Below, piece after piece: positions 39,924 through 53,419 of a stretch of DNA of 64,000 nt (position 1 is its first letter; each line of letters begins with the position of its first letter). The notes beneath the pieces were generated by a model. That model did not search any database and was not told where the DNA came from. It saw only the letters and a list, made by a program, of their open reading frames with translations. The stretch comes from Octopus vulgaris (lineage: Eukaryota), in the NCBI GenBank assembly GCA_951406725.2, contig OX597820.1, positions 76,446,001 to 76,510,000 on the forward strand, given 5' to 3'. The translations under genes and the position numbers were made by a program.

Positions 39924-40238
39924 TCACAATATCGATTCCGATTTGACCACGTTGCTTTTTGTGTTCAGATTGATATCATTAGCGGTAGGTAATGTCACAG
40001 AGCTAGCAGCATTGTTAAATGAAGTCATTGAACCACTGACAGAGTTCGGAACGTAAGAATTGATGGTAGACAAACTGCTGGCGTGCTGAACGGCGTTAGC
40101 TAATCCATTAACACTAGACGATTCGGGTAGGCATTGTATCTTGTGAATCCCAAGTGAATCCGCACTGTAACGTTCGATTCGGTCCTCTTTGCGGGCCGGC
40201 CCCCAGTCAGGTGAAGGCCGCATGTTTAATTTCAGCAT
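39924..40238 (-). CDS. Terminal coding exon of the same SLC6 transporter (cytoplasmic C-tail)
   Basis: TTTCAG acceptor (CAG at 40239-40241), in frame with the previous exon. MLKLNMRPSPDWGPARKEDR contains the P..DWGP motif typical of glycine/proline/amino-acid SLC6 C-tails. Ends ...KSESIL-stop. Confidence 0.92.
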   Translation of the reverse strand: MLKLNMRPSPDWGPARKEDRIERYSADSLGIHKIQCLPESSSVNGLANAVQHASSLSTINSYVPNSVSGSMTSFNNAASSVTLPTANDINLNTKSNVVKSESIL

Positions 40239-41035
40239 CTGAAATATAGACAAAAATATATGTGATAATTAAATCAGATGTACGACGATCAATAAAAACA
40301 AAAAAAAAAAAAAACACACACACATTGAGTGCACGGGGCAGGTGGGATTGTATGGAAAGACGTTACCTTCTCAACCAAATGGTTCCAGGTTCAGAACCAC
40401 TGCGTAGCACTTTGACTGAGTGAGTTCAATAATGATCTCAGACCAACCAAAGCTTTGTGAGCGGATATAGGAGATAGAAATTGAAAGAAGCGCGTCGCAC
40501 GCACGCACACACACATGCACACAGGCACATACATACATGTGTGTATGTGTGTGTGCGTGCGTGCATGTCTGTATAGTATGAATGTGTTTAGTGTGTGCGT
40601 ATAGTCTGTGTGTTTCTGTGCATGTATGTTTGTTCCCGTACCATCCCTTTACAACCGGTGTTGGTGTGTTTATGTCCCCGTAAGTTAGCAGTTCGGTAAA
40701 ATAGCCTATGATAATACGTACCAGACTTTATACCGGACAAGAGATTTATTATACATATTAATGAATAGGAAAACAAAACCATAGAAATATTTTATCACAT
40801 AACCGAGGTTTTCGCATTATTGTCTAAGTGAAAATATATCCGTGTACCTATTCAGAAGATAAGTTTAACTCACAAAATACAGTAAAAGGGAGAGAAAAAA
40901 TGTTCCAGGGTTTATATTTTTCTGTGGAGGACAACATGTAGGGTTTTGGAACGAGTATGTGACCAGGTATGTACAGGTGACTGCATTTGTGTGTTGAGAA
41001 GGGAGAGAAATATTTATTTGTATAATTGTACTTAC

Positions 41036-41197
41036 GTAAAACCCGCCTTGTGAGCAATATTTGTATAAAAACCAGGTGGGTATGACGGAAATTGGTAAAG
41101 CAACTATGAGCCAACCAATAACCTTTGCCCAGCACGGGTATTCTTTACCATTCAAATCAGGTTCCTTGTAGAGAACGATGTTTAAAAGAGCAATAGT
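41036..41197 (-). CDS. Penultimate coding exon of an SLC6 family Na+/Cl- neurotransmitter/amino-acid transporter (end of TM11 to TM12)
   Basis: 162 nt, phase 0/0. CAG acceptor at 41198-41200 and GTAAGT donor at 41030-41035 (minus strand). Translates TIALLNIVLYKEPDLNGKEYPCWAKVIGWLIVALPISVIPTWFLYKYCSQGGFY, matching the SLC6 YPxWAxxIGW...S.IP TM12 pattern. Confidence 0.92.
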
Positions 41198-41265
41198 CTG
41201 AAATAATTTGGAAACAGAAAATTGAAAACAATATTAGTCGATTATTTACATTATTTATATTTGAG

Positions 41266-41306
41266 AACGTTTCGGCTGATATACCCTCTAGCTTTAATCG
41301 GGTACC
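41266..41306 (-). ncRNA. Hammerhead motif H1, degenerate
   Basis: CCGAUUA-A-AGCUA..CAGCC-GAAAC-GUU; the core has decayed. Confidence 0.45.
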
Positions 41307-41355
41307 TTGGGGAAAGTATTATTCAGGTCACTGAATAATAATAATAATAATAATA

Positions 41356-41398
<43 letters not shown>

Positions 41399-41466
41399 CG
41401 ATGTTGATGACGATGATGATGACGATGACGATGACGACGGCGATGACGACGACGACGACGACAACA

Positions 41467-42212
41467 ACAAAGTGAAACTATTGATCATATCGTCTCCAAG
41501 TGCAGTCTTCTTGCGCCTACAGAGTATCTTAACAGGCATGATAGAGCTAAACAATATATTCACTGTGTAATTTGCAAAAGCCTGGACTTGTTCCATAATA
41601 AAAACTGGTGGGAACACAAACCACCTCCAGTGCTTGAAAATGATCATATCTCACTCCTCTGGAACTTCACCAATCAAACTGACATTGAAATAGATGCAAA
41701 TAGGCCAGACATCATATTGAAAGACTTCAGAGAAAAATCATGCTCCCTCATTGATATGAGTGTCCCAATCGATATAAACGTATCTGTCAAGACCTACCAA
41801 AAACTGAGCAAATATAAAGATCATGAAATAAAAATTAGCAAAATGTGGAAGCTGAAGACTAAAACAATACATGTTGTCATAGGTGCCCTAGAAATGATAG
41901 CAAAAAGGGCTGATTGCTACCTAGCTCAGATACTAAGAAACCCCAAAATGGCAGAAATTCAAAAGATAGTACTCATGGGAACTGCCCATACCCTACGTAA
42001 AATACTTTCTATGTAATCTGAAGTTTTAAAACAAACATAATTTTCTTATGGTTTCTGAAACATTTTCTAGAACAACACTATGTACAAAACCAAATATAGT
42101 GCAACCTAGACATAACACCAACATGAACTTCCAACCTGTTATCTCTTGAGGTCTCTGGGTGATATTTGAAGCCAACTTGTACAAATGTAAAGTAAAAGTC
42201 AAACATAAAATA

Positions 42213-42215
<3 letters not shown>
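41467..42215 (+). mobile_element. R4/Dong-like RLE LINE 3' fragment inserted in a trinucleotide repeat
   Basis: ETIDHIVSKC..RHD..ANRPDIILKD..LIDMSVP..QKIVLMGTAHTLRKIL, then a 3'UTR and (AAT)n. Confidence 0.9.
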
Positions 42216-42280
<65 letters not shown>

Positions 42281-42335
42281 TAAGAAGGAAATCACGACAT
42301 GACAGAGTTGGAACCTACATAAGCTATGCCAACAT

Positions 42336-42374
<39 letters not shown>

Positions 42375-42376
<2 letters not shown>

Positions 42377-42640
42377 CGGCAGATGACAACGTGTCTCTAA
42401 AAGAAATGGAGAAACTCTCAAAATACAAAGACCTGGAAATAGAGGTAACTAGAATGTGGAATCTGAAAACAGAAACAATTCCTATCATAGTAAGTGCATT
42501 AGGCATGATAAAAAAATATTCAGACAAATACATAACAAAAACACCAGGACTTACAAACACATATACATACCCAAGGCACACAGAGCTGCGCTCGGTAGTG
42601 AAGTGAAAGCACGCTATAAAAATAAAAATAAAACTACTGA
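42375..42640 (+). mobile_element. R4/Dong-like RLE LINE short 3' fragment between (AAT)n tracts
   Basis: KEMEKLSKYKDLEIEVTRMWNLKTETIPIIVSALG, with (AAT)n on both sides. Confidence 0.85.
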
Positions 42641-42708
42641 ATAATAATAATAGCAACAACATCGAAAAATACCTTAGGAATGAGAACCCAGGTTTGAAAT
42701 TTTCCCAA

Positions 42709-42754
42709 GACAACTGATGAAGGCTGGAGGGTATATCAGCCGGAACGTTGTGCT
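42709..42754 (+). ncRNA. Hammerhead motif H1, core mutated (GGAAC)
   Basis: CUGAUGA-A-GGCUG...CAGCC-GGAAC-GUU-GUGCU. Confidence 0.6.
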
Positions 42755-43011
42755 AACAACAAACAAGATGAGGACAAATATCCATCATATGTAAATAATG
42801 TATATAATTTCTCATCTCTTAAATATAGAACTGAATATTATTTGAAATAAACAGATAAAATAATGATGTCTCTTCTTTATGAGAAGTTAAAAATGGAATT
42901 TTACGAAAGGAAACGACATATAATTTCGTATAAGGAAATTGTCTTGGAAGAATAAGCGAAGATGATTGAAGCGAAAAGGAAGAGAGTTTGAATACAAACA
43001 ATGGGTAAAAA

Positions 43012-43078
<67 letters not shown>

Positions 43079-43188
43079 CGTATATTTGTGTTTCAGAGAC
43101 AGATAAAAGTGTGAGATTTTGTGAGCGGATTTGCTAGCACTAGAAAGAGAGAAGCTACGTGTGTATGTATGTGTGTGAGATAGATAGA

Positions 43189-43234
<46 letters not shown>

Positions 43235-44372
43235 GGGAGAAGCAGAGAAAAAGTGAGAGACTGTGTACATAAAAAAGAAGGGAAACTAAGATACGATAGG
43301 CAAACGGAGAAGGAAATTTGTTGTGATTAAGGGAAATAAAGAAAATAACATATAGTTATAAGCACGCACGCACACACATGCATATTTATAAACCGTGTGT
43401 ATGTGAGAGATAACTAGGCACATACCTACATACCAACCTCGTTTACCCACATCCCCCATTTACCACCTCCTCCAAAGATTTGCGATAATTTGTGTCTTAA
43501 GATTCCTGAAGTCCTGGTGATTTAATACCTTTCGTCAAAATTTTTACAAATATCAATTTCTAGACAAGTAGCATGCATGTATGTATGTATGTATGTATGT
43601 ATGTATGTATGTATGTATGTATGTATGTATGTATGTATGTATGTATGTATGTATGCATGTGTATGTATGTATGTATGTATGTATGTATGTATGTATGTAT
43701 GCATGCATGCATGTATGCATGTATGTATGTATGCATGCATGCATATATGTATGCATCTGTGTATGCATGTATGTATACACATAACCATGCGTAGACATTT
43801 TTCTCTTGTATGCGACCGTTCTACATCCATAGCATCATTGGGATATACAAATCCAGCTATTTTAAAGCTGTATGAGAGGTCGTCTAGAAGAGAGTACTTT
43901 CTGTAGAGCCCATTGCAGACCGATTGGAAGTTCTCTTCACTGTTTGTCTGCCTCATTGTCTGTAGGTATGCATGTATATGACCATGCATGTATATTTTTA
44001 TGTATGCATGTGCGGACAAATGCACCTTTTATTCTTTTACTTGTTTCAGTCACTTGACTGACTAAGACCCCAGGACTTCTTATTCTAGCGGTCTTCTTTT
44101 GCCGAACCGCCAGCATCAGTTGTTAAGTGATGTTGGGGGGATAAACACAGACACACATACATGCACACACTACATATACATATATATTTATATATACACG
44201 ACGGGCTTCTTCCAGTTTCCGTCTACCAAATCCACTCACAAGGCTTTGGTCGGCCTGAGGTTATAGTAGAAGACACTTGCCCAAGGTACGAGGCAGTGGG
44301 ACTGAACCCGGAACCATGTGGTTGGTAAGCAAGCTACTTAACACAAAGCCACTCTTGCACCTATTCATTGAT

Positions 44373-44414
<42 letters not shown>

Positions 44415-45573
44415 CCATACATGTTATTCACGCTTTGGTGATTTTCTGAGCGCTAACGTGTACATAAATAGACAAACCTATCCATACGTTCGCATCCATT
44501 CTTTACATTAAGAGGAGGCAAGCTTCACAAATAACTAAAAAAAACTATTCCATTGCATGACGTAGTTAGAAAGCTTCTTATGAAGAAAGGTGGGAAAATA
44601 TGCTACAACATTAAATCGATGGAGCAATGAATTGAACTGGATGAGTTATGAATAAAGAATACAGCAATAGCTGAGGAATGTTAAAAGGAGTTATAAATTA
44701 TATAAAAAATATTCTGATGAGAAAGAATGTGATGAAATTATGCGATAAAAAAATTACTATTTTATGAAGATAGAATTTCAAAGAAATTAATATGATATAA
44801 AATTAAAATGCGAAATTTGAAAAGTGTTGAAGTAAATGAAAATCGATTAAATATGGATTGTAAACGAAATGGATTTTGAAAAGTGAAGATAAATTATTGT
44901 AACTTAAATCTAAAATGTCTTAAGGTGAAATAAAGTGTATTGAAATAAAAAAATAGAAGGAATTTGAATTATCAGAATATCGATGCTGGGGCCAAAACAG
45001 TATGAAGTAAAGTAAAGGGTTGTTGATTCGGATGAACGTGCGCAGTTAGTGGAGGTGAAAGGTGTTCTTCAGAAAAGTGTTTACCAACGTTAACCAATAT
45101 GGTAGCAATGCTACACTACAAAGACACTGAATGAAGGAGAAAATACCAAATACCAATATGCAGTGCAGAAAATAACATTTATTATATGTATTGCGGTTAA
45201 AGAGTTGAATTGGCAGTATGGTTAGCATGCTGGGCAAAATGATCAGTCACATTTAGCCCGTCTACACGTTCTAAGTTCAAGTTACGCCGAGGTCAACTTT
45301 GCCTTTCGTGCTTTCGGGATCGTTAAAATAAATATCCGTTGAGTATTGGGGCTGATGTAATCGATTAACCCCGCCCCTCTCTTTAAAAATTGTTGGTCCT
45401 CTGCCCAAAATTTGAAATTCTCAACTATTTTACTAGGCCCTGGAGTGACTGTGTGGTAAGTAGCTTGCTTACCATCTACATGGTTCTGGGTTCAGTCCCA
45501 CTGCGTGGCACGTTGGACAAGTGTCTTCTACTATAGCCTTGGGCGTGGATTTGGTAGTAGTAGCAGTAGTAGT

Positions 45574-45635
<62 letters not shown>

Positions 45636-46675
45636 TAGTAGTAGCGTTAACTGCGTTATAACTGCCATTGGCGTAACTGACCGACTATTGATAGTTGAAT
45701 CGTGCTCCCTTATACGAATGGCTTCTTTTATCGCTAGAGTACTTACGTTGCGTTCAGTTGTTAGAACACCCACTCCTACAACTGTTACTGCTATTACTAT
45801 CAGTAGCTTTGGTTATCATTTACTTATGTAGTAATCAATTGATTTGTCAAGCTTTTCTTTACACTTCTGTATTATTTTTAACATGTTTTCCGCTCCTGTC
45901 ACATCTGTCGCAATAAAGTTTATTTCTGCACTGAGGAGTTCTTTTCTGTGTTTATACGAAAAAAAAAAAAAAAAAGAAAGAAAAAGAAAATAGCCTGAAG
46001 CTGATAGAATTAAAAGAAAAATATTAACCCCTGTTCAGAAATGTTAAACTGTGCAAATGCGAAGCTATCAGCTATCTCAAGCGCATGAAATCTATAAATA
46101 AAGAAATGTTTGATAACTTAAAGCAATTAAAGTGGTTTACATCTGTTATGAAAATCCATAAATTCGTTGTAACTTAAAACATGTTTTCTGTAAAACTGAG
46201 TGGTGCATGCAATCGATACCCGAAGCAAGGCTGAAATTTTGTATAAATTTGATAATATATTTATTTAACCTAATGGGTTTATTATTTTTTATAGCGTTTT
46301 ACAAACAGAGTGTTATCGGAATATATTTAACTGACTTGAGATTGAGTTCTGATATTAGCCCAAGGATATAATTCATTCTATATTTTGAAGAAGTAATTTA
46401 TCAAAAAAGATAAAAATGAATGGAGATAGAATACAGTCTCAGATACTGGCAGATCCATGTTCACTTCAAATATATTTTCATTATGTTATTTGTTTAATTC
46501 AAATATCTCTGCCTTTTGTCATCCACACCACAACAGTTGAAACATTAAATATAAAATTTTTTCCCATTCCATCTAGTAATTCTCAACTGGGGTCCATATG
46601 GCCTTTGTGGGGTCCGTATAAGATTTTGTTGTGAAAATCTATCTGCAATAAATCAGTTATATTCTGTGTATTGGC

Positions 46676-46910
46676 AAAGGCGGCGAGCTGGCAGACACGT
46701 TAGCACACCGGGCGAAATGCGTAGCCGTATTTCGTCTGCCGTTACGTTCTGAGTTCAAATTCCGCCGAGGTCGACTTTGCCTTTCATCCTTTCGGGGTCG
46801 ATAAATTAAGTACCAGTTTCACACTGGGGTCGATGTAATCGACTTAATCCCTTTGTCAGTCCTTGTTTGCCCCCTCTATGTTTAGCCCCTTGTGGGTAGT
46901 AAAGAAATAT
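46676..46910 (+). mobile_element. Young family A SINE with an apparent target-site duplication
   Basis: Near-consensus copy flanked by TATATTCTGTGTATTGGCA direct repeats at about 46658 and 46910. Confidence 0.85.
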
Positions 46911-47079
46911 ATATTCTGTGTATTGGCACAGAATATTTTAAGTTTTTCTATACTATTTCAGGTATTATTTAATCATAAAAATATAAGATTTTTTAAACAA
47001 CGAATAGCTAGGAGAATACATCTGAAACGAATAGGAATGAAAGTGTTCTATAGGCAAAAATGGTTGAGAAAAAAATGTT

Positions 47080-47470
47080 TCCATCCATTCGTCTCCATCC
47101 ACTATTCCTGCGAGGGTCGTTGGGTTAGAGTTCTCAGGCACATACTTCATAGGGTCGTGTCGTAAGTAATTGCCTTTACGCTGTCCAACTGGATTCTCAG
47201 GCGTGACCTACTGAGAGTATAAATGTTATCTAACCGTCATGTTCTCTAGGTTTCTTTCCGGTTGGTTCGGTTTGAAGACCTTGTCTTGCAGTTTTTTTTA
47301 TCCTTAGACATTCAAATCACATGTCCGTAGTACTGGAGCTGTGATCAGGACCTGTAGCGACTCGACCGGAGGAGACTGACTTCCGAGCTACGTCACTCCA
47401 GAGATCCTTCAAAAGAACCTTGTATTTTCAGTCGTACTCTTTCAGTCATCACCGAATATTCAAGTGGTGT
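47080..47470 (-). mobile_element. RTE-like LINE 3' remnant
   Basis: Minus strand encodes a degenerate QLQYYGHVI.M...GKKPR pattern typical of RTE C-termini. Confidence 0.55.
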
Positions 47471-47884
47471 AACAAGTATTATTTTGAAACCAAGAAATAT
47501 CTTCACAGAAACTCATTTGATATTCTGCGAATGTTGGGAAAAAAATGCTACGCGAATTAAAAAGCAAACTATAAATTATATATTAAACCTGTTCATTTTA
47601 ACATCCTCGCTGTAATTTCTAATGTGTTTTTTATGCAGGAAAATGGAAATTATTATCTTGGCACTCAATTATTATGACATGTGAAATACGATGCGCTGTA
47701 GATGTTAATATTAAAAACAAAATCCGTAGCTTATGTAAGATATTATACATTGACAGCGGACTGTTTTTTACATGGAAGACAGGTAATGAATACAGTTCAG
47801 AAAGTTCGACGTAACACATGACTTCGTGTACGTATACAGACACACGCACGCACACATACATATACATATGTATGCACGCACGCA

Positions 47885-47923
<39 letters not shown>

Positions 47924-48600
47924 GCATACGTGCATGTATGCAAATAAACAGCCAAACAATAAGTATGCATGTATGTATGTATGTATACAGATTTTTCGAT
48001 ATCTGTGTATATTTATGCGTTGTGTTTAGGGTGATCAGCTCGAGTGTTCCCTTCCTAATGTCGAGTGTTACCTTTCTGCGTCGAGTGAACCTCAGACCAC
48101 TGGCTGCTGACAACCCAGATATACCACTTTAGTATTGACTGTTCCTAGTCACTGGCTGTCCAACAACCAAGAACAGAGTTGCCAACTACGAATGCCTACG
48201 CAGATCACAAACTGACCCTACTACTTTATGCATCTCCTATGGGGCACTTCATTGACCTCCATAAACGCAGTGTGCACACGCAAACACATACACATGTATA
48301 TAAATCTATGTGCACACATGCACACAAATACACACACACAGAACCGCGCACACATACATGTACGTACGTATAGTTCTCCTCTCTTCCCTTCCATGCCACA
48401 CCACTTAACTTCAGTCCAATACTCGTTCCTCCACCCCAGCAATGGTGTTGCAACTACACCAGCATACGTCTATCACACCCGAATACATAGATGCAAAAAG
48501 CATGCATAAGTATATATATATATACAAATCAGAAATATAAAAGTCGCAGAATGTGACATCATATATATATACATACATATATATATACACGTATATATAC

Positions 48601-48679
<79 letters not shown>

Positions 48680-49834
48680 TATATATGATGTGTTTTCGTA
48701 TAAGAGCATTATATTTAGTTTCCAATTTTCTTTATACATTTAATATATTTGAGCAGGTTTGAAAGCCGAAGAGAAAAGAATTTTTGATATATTATATGAA
48801 CACTGACTTTTCTTATTTAATTTTAACTTTACCATCACGAGAAAAGAGAAAAAGACATGTCATTTTTGAAAAAATAAGAAATTAACAAATACAATATATA
48901 TATAGATATTGCATTAATGTAACCTTTTTGCGTTTTTGAAATTAGTAAATCCGATTCTTTATAATATTTATGAATTTGGTGCTAGGTTTTGTTTTGTAGT
49001 CTTCAATTGGAATGCATTTACTTAATTTCGAGAAAAAATTATATAAATATACAGTGACAATAGAGTAAAAAGTGCATGACTTTATTATGTATTAACGTAA
49101 GGTATTTACATTCCCAAATGTTGTTCTCAACTGTAATTTTCAGATAAATAATTTGAGATAAACTGTTTCCACGAAGCAGTACTAACATTTTGATAATTCG
49201 CCCATTATAGATTTTCATAATATTTGTAAGTTTTCGTATGCCTTTTCGTAGCTTGCCTACTGATATATATATATATATATATATATGGGGGAGGTGCGTT
49301 TGCACTTAGGTGTGGGCCTGCTATATATATGATATATAATTTATATATATATATATGTATACATATACAGATATGTGTGTGTGTATATATATAATTTATA
49401 ACACTATTTCTGTTTCAGCTTGAATGAGGAGCACAGGGACTCAGACATATATATCTTTAAGTAGTTACCATTATTTGTTAAGAGAAATATCCTACAACGC
49501 ACTAGTTCGTTAATAGAACTTCGAAAAATGATCTTCAATATGGAAAATGCTACAAAAGTATTTAAAATATTTACAAGAAATGACTGTTTTTCTGAATAAA
49601 ACCTGAGATAAGACTAACCGACACAGTTTATATCTAACAAGAAAATCCGACCGGTCTATCTCTAAGTCTCTTAACTAAATATAATCTGTGAATCTTCCAC
49701 ATAATATACATATACTCATATTGTCAAAATGTTTTCAATTCTAAACAAACTTATTCTATATATATACTTTGTAGCAACTGATAGAGAAAATCTTGTTCAG
49801 TCTACTATTACTTTCAATATCTCTTTCGAGAAAT

Positions 49835-50900
49835 ACTGGGTACTGAAACAGCAGCTCAACCACTGAGATGAGGATGTGATATACCTCGACTTTGCCAAGG
49901 CCTTTAACAAAGTTGGTCATGGAATGGTTTATCACAAATTGTATAAACTTGGTATCACCGGAAAATTAGGAAATTGGCTGCATGACTTTTTAAAAGGTAA
50001 AAGTGAGACAGTTGCTACTAATGGTGTTCTCTCTCTAGGGAGACATCAATTCGCAGTGGACTCTCTGACAGGAACTGTACTAGGACCGCTACTCTTTGCG
50101 GTGGCTCTCTCAGACACACAGTTAGCCGTAACATCAACCACTTTTACCAGATATAAAATTATCTCAGGCGATCAAGGACCCTGTCACCAATCTGAAACTG
50201 CAGAAAGACCTGAAAACAATATACATTTGGACCGATGAAAATTACATGTTGTTCCATTCCGAGAAGTTTCAAGCGCTTCGCTACTGTACAGGCAAGTAGC
50301 TAGATAAATTCTGAGATCTTCAGACCAAGGAAAGGAAGAAGGACACATGCTCCTCCTATGAAGACCTTTCTTTCTCAAACTGGTGGAAGAATATGAGGCA
50401 ATCTAACGACACTACATCAAGATCGACTTGGTGCTACAGAAGAGCTACTGGCAGAGGCTAAAAGAACTGAAGCTCTCCCTAGAGAGAAAGTGCGAAATAT
50501 AGACAATGATACACATATGGAAGACGTGGAAAGATCTAGCTTCCAACTTTGTACCAACCACCGAACTGGACGGTATGCATAGTATAAAAGATCCCGTTTT
50601 CTCCATCCAGAATAAGAACCCTATACTTTAGCAGTTGAGTTTCAAGAGTCCACAAACATTCGGTATTCTGAGCAACAGCCTCAGAAAGTTGCGAGGTGTA
50701 GATGTGGACGTCTTCAAAGAACGTCTGAACACATTTTTATCTGAATTAGCAGATGAACTAACATCCCAGCAGGAGACACAGGGAAGAACAACTACGTCCA
50801 ACTCATTGCTTTACTAGAAACGAAGCAGAAAATAAACCCAAACACACTGAAAGACGATGCCCCAGGATAGCCTCAGCCCCTACTTAAAACCAGTACAAGA
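49835..50900 (+). mobile_element. CR1-group LINE, degraded RT and 3' fragment
   Basis: IYLDFAKAFNKVGHG, GTVLGPLLF and SLRKLRGVDVDVFKERL. Same family as 5645-8716. Confidence 0.88.
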
Positions 50901-51649
50901 TAAAACAACAAAAGTTAAACCGATAATATCTGAATAATGCGTCATTACTTCTTAAATGGTAAAATAAAATTATAATGAAGAAATTTTACAAAAAGAACAG
51001 AATTGAGTAAGTGGAGCAAGAGCACACACGAAAACGAAAAGTGTCGCTGAAGAGGTCACAGATGTATGATGAAAGTTTTCCGAGAATGGACATGAGTTAA
51101 AATAATAAAAGAAGAACAGCAATAAACGATTGAACAAAAAAATAATTACCATCCCGAAATACAACAATGAGATAATTTTACGAATATAATACAACTTCTG
51201 TGAACAGAAGTGTGGTAAGTAGCTTGCTTGCCAACCACATGGTTCCGAGTTCAGTCCCAATGCATGGCTGGCACCTTGGGCAAGTGTTTTCTACTATAGC
51301 CTCGGGCCGACCAATGCCTTTGAGTGGGTTTGGTAGACGAAAACTGAAAGAAGCCCGTCGTGTATATGTATATATATATATATATATATATGCTTGTGTG
51401 TTTGTGTGTATGTGTGTGTTGATTACCGATGCTGATGAGTTTACGTTCCCGTAACTTAGCGGTTCGGCAAAAGTAACCGATTGAATAAGTAGTAGGCTTC
51501 CAAAGAATAAGTCATGGGGTTGGTTTGCTCGATTAAAGGCGGTGCTCCAGCATGACCGCAGTCAAATGCCTGAAACACACACACACACAAAAAGAAATTT
51601 CGAGAAATATAAAAAATAGGTATAAATCCAATCTTTTTAATATGATATT

Positions 51650-52042
51650 CTTTTCTACTCCAGGCACAATGCCCGAAATTTTGGGGAGCAGGGGACTAAT
51701 CGATTAGATTGACCCGAATATGTAACTTAAATTATCGACCCCGAAAGGATGACAGGCAAAGTCGACCTCCGTGGAATTTGAACTCTGAACGTAAAGACAG
51801 ACGAAATACCTGTTTCTTTACTGCCCACAAGTGGCTACACACAGAGGGGACATTCAAGGACAGACAAACGGATTAAGTCGATTATATCGACCCCAGTGCG
51901 TAACTGGTACTTATTTAATCGATGCCGAAAGGATGAAAAGCAAAGTTGACCTCGGTGGAATTTGAACTCAGAACGTAGCGGCAGGCGAAATACCGCTAAG
52001 CATTTCGACCGGCGTGCTAATGTTTCTGCCAGCTCGCCGCCA
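51650..52042 (-). mobile_element. Family A SINE with internal tandem duplication. Similar copies at 14025-14222, 27085-27425, 29870-30080, 30285-30490, 57235-57690, 59525-59920, 63470-63730 (minus) and 45200-45420, 56205-56480, 60692-60870, 61218-61430, 61618-61815 (plus)
   Basis: Reverse-complement matches to the family A unit. Confidence 0.85.
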
Positions 52043-53419
52043 TATTTTTCTTTGATATGATATTACTAAGAAAATATATAACATTGAAGTTAATTAAACA
52101 TGTCGATTACAAACATATGTATGACGTCACAGACTCCCAGGCAACATGATGACGGGTGATCTTGTAATTTTCAGAATTTGATTGCATTCTTGTCGAACTT
52201 GGAAACATATCTTCCTTGTCTGATGTAGATTTCTATCGTTTATTTGTTTCAGTTATAAAACTGTGGCCATGACGTAGCAACACCTTCAAGAATTTTAGTC
52301 GAACAAATTGGCTTTAGTACTTATTATATCGGGTTCATTCGCCGAACCGCTAAGTTCACGGAGACGTGAACACACCAACTCCGGTTGCCAAGAGGTGGTA
52401 GGATGGACAAACACACATACACATATAATATATATACATATACAGGCGTACATACATACACACATACACACATACAAAGGACTTCTTTCTGTTTTCGTCT
52501 ACCAAATCCACTCACAGGGCCATAGCAGGAAGAATTGTCGAAGGTGCCACGCAGTGAAACTGAACCCGGAACGATGATGTGGTATGGAAACAAAATTCTT
52601 ACCACACAGCCACACTTACGCCAATAAACTTTGACTGATCTTCGAACATTTTGTAAAGGATAATCGATCGAATCGTTTGGTAATGTAATACCCTTGGCAG
52701 CAAAGGAATTACCAGTTTCTCAGCTGATTTCCTTAATTACTATTGAATTCATCTGTTGTGCGGTTCATCAATTTACATTAACAGTTATTTTATCGGCACG
52801 CCTGGGTTTAAGGCAAAATACACAGTGAGATTCAAAAGCAATTCAAAACGGAAAAACTCGAAAGCAAATATTAAAAGTGAATGTTGTAATGTCTTAACGT
52901 CTCCCACCACGACACCACAGGGAATAATTGTGAACAGATTTCTTTCCTTCATAAATACTCCGACGCCATTGAATGACAAATTGAAATGTTTTGAAAACAT
53001 TATATTAGTTAAAGGTGATGAAGCGATGCAAGGAAATAAAGATAATGAAAACGTGATTCCAGCAAGTTGATTAACAATAATATTATGGAGAAATTTCACT
53101 ACATTTGTTGTTAACAATCATCGCATGCTGTTCATTTTTGTGCAACAATTTCAATGTTTTTAATTTGATTCGAAAAACATATTTCTGATGCCGCACGCAA
53201 TAGCAATAAAATTTCTTAGTCTTCATAGAAGACAAACGTGCATATGAAGTAATACAAACGAAATGACAGCACGTTTTCTTTCTTCATTTTTCATAAACGT
53301 TTATAGTAATGCTATATATTTTGGCTTAAAATACAATTGTGGTGAATAATTTCTTTTGGAAAATCTCTTGGCATAATCGTTAGAACATCAAACAAAACAC
53401 CTTCCAATATTTGCCTGGG

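Noticed and set aside
43790-43965. Minus-strand open stretch with a CAG acceptor-like site
   Set aside because: Not SLC6-like; an alternative frame resembles a decayed RLE-LINE C-terminus (ALQK...).
44713-44740. CTGATGA...GAAA in AT-rich intron sequence (also a CTGATGA at about 51432 within a SINE)
   Set aside because: No stems; expected by chance.
52756-53117. Overlapping 104/110 aa ORFs as a possible upstream SLC6 exon (also 45046-45237, 57967-58158 and 61890-62010)
   Set aside because: No SLC6 TM10/TM11 motifs (DI..M.G, YW..CW..ITP) and no convincing splice-site pair.
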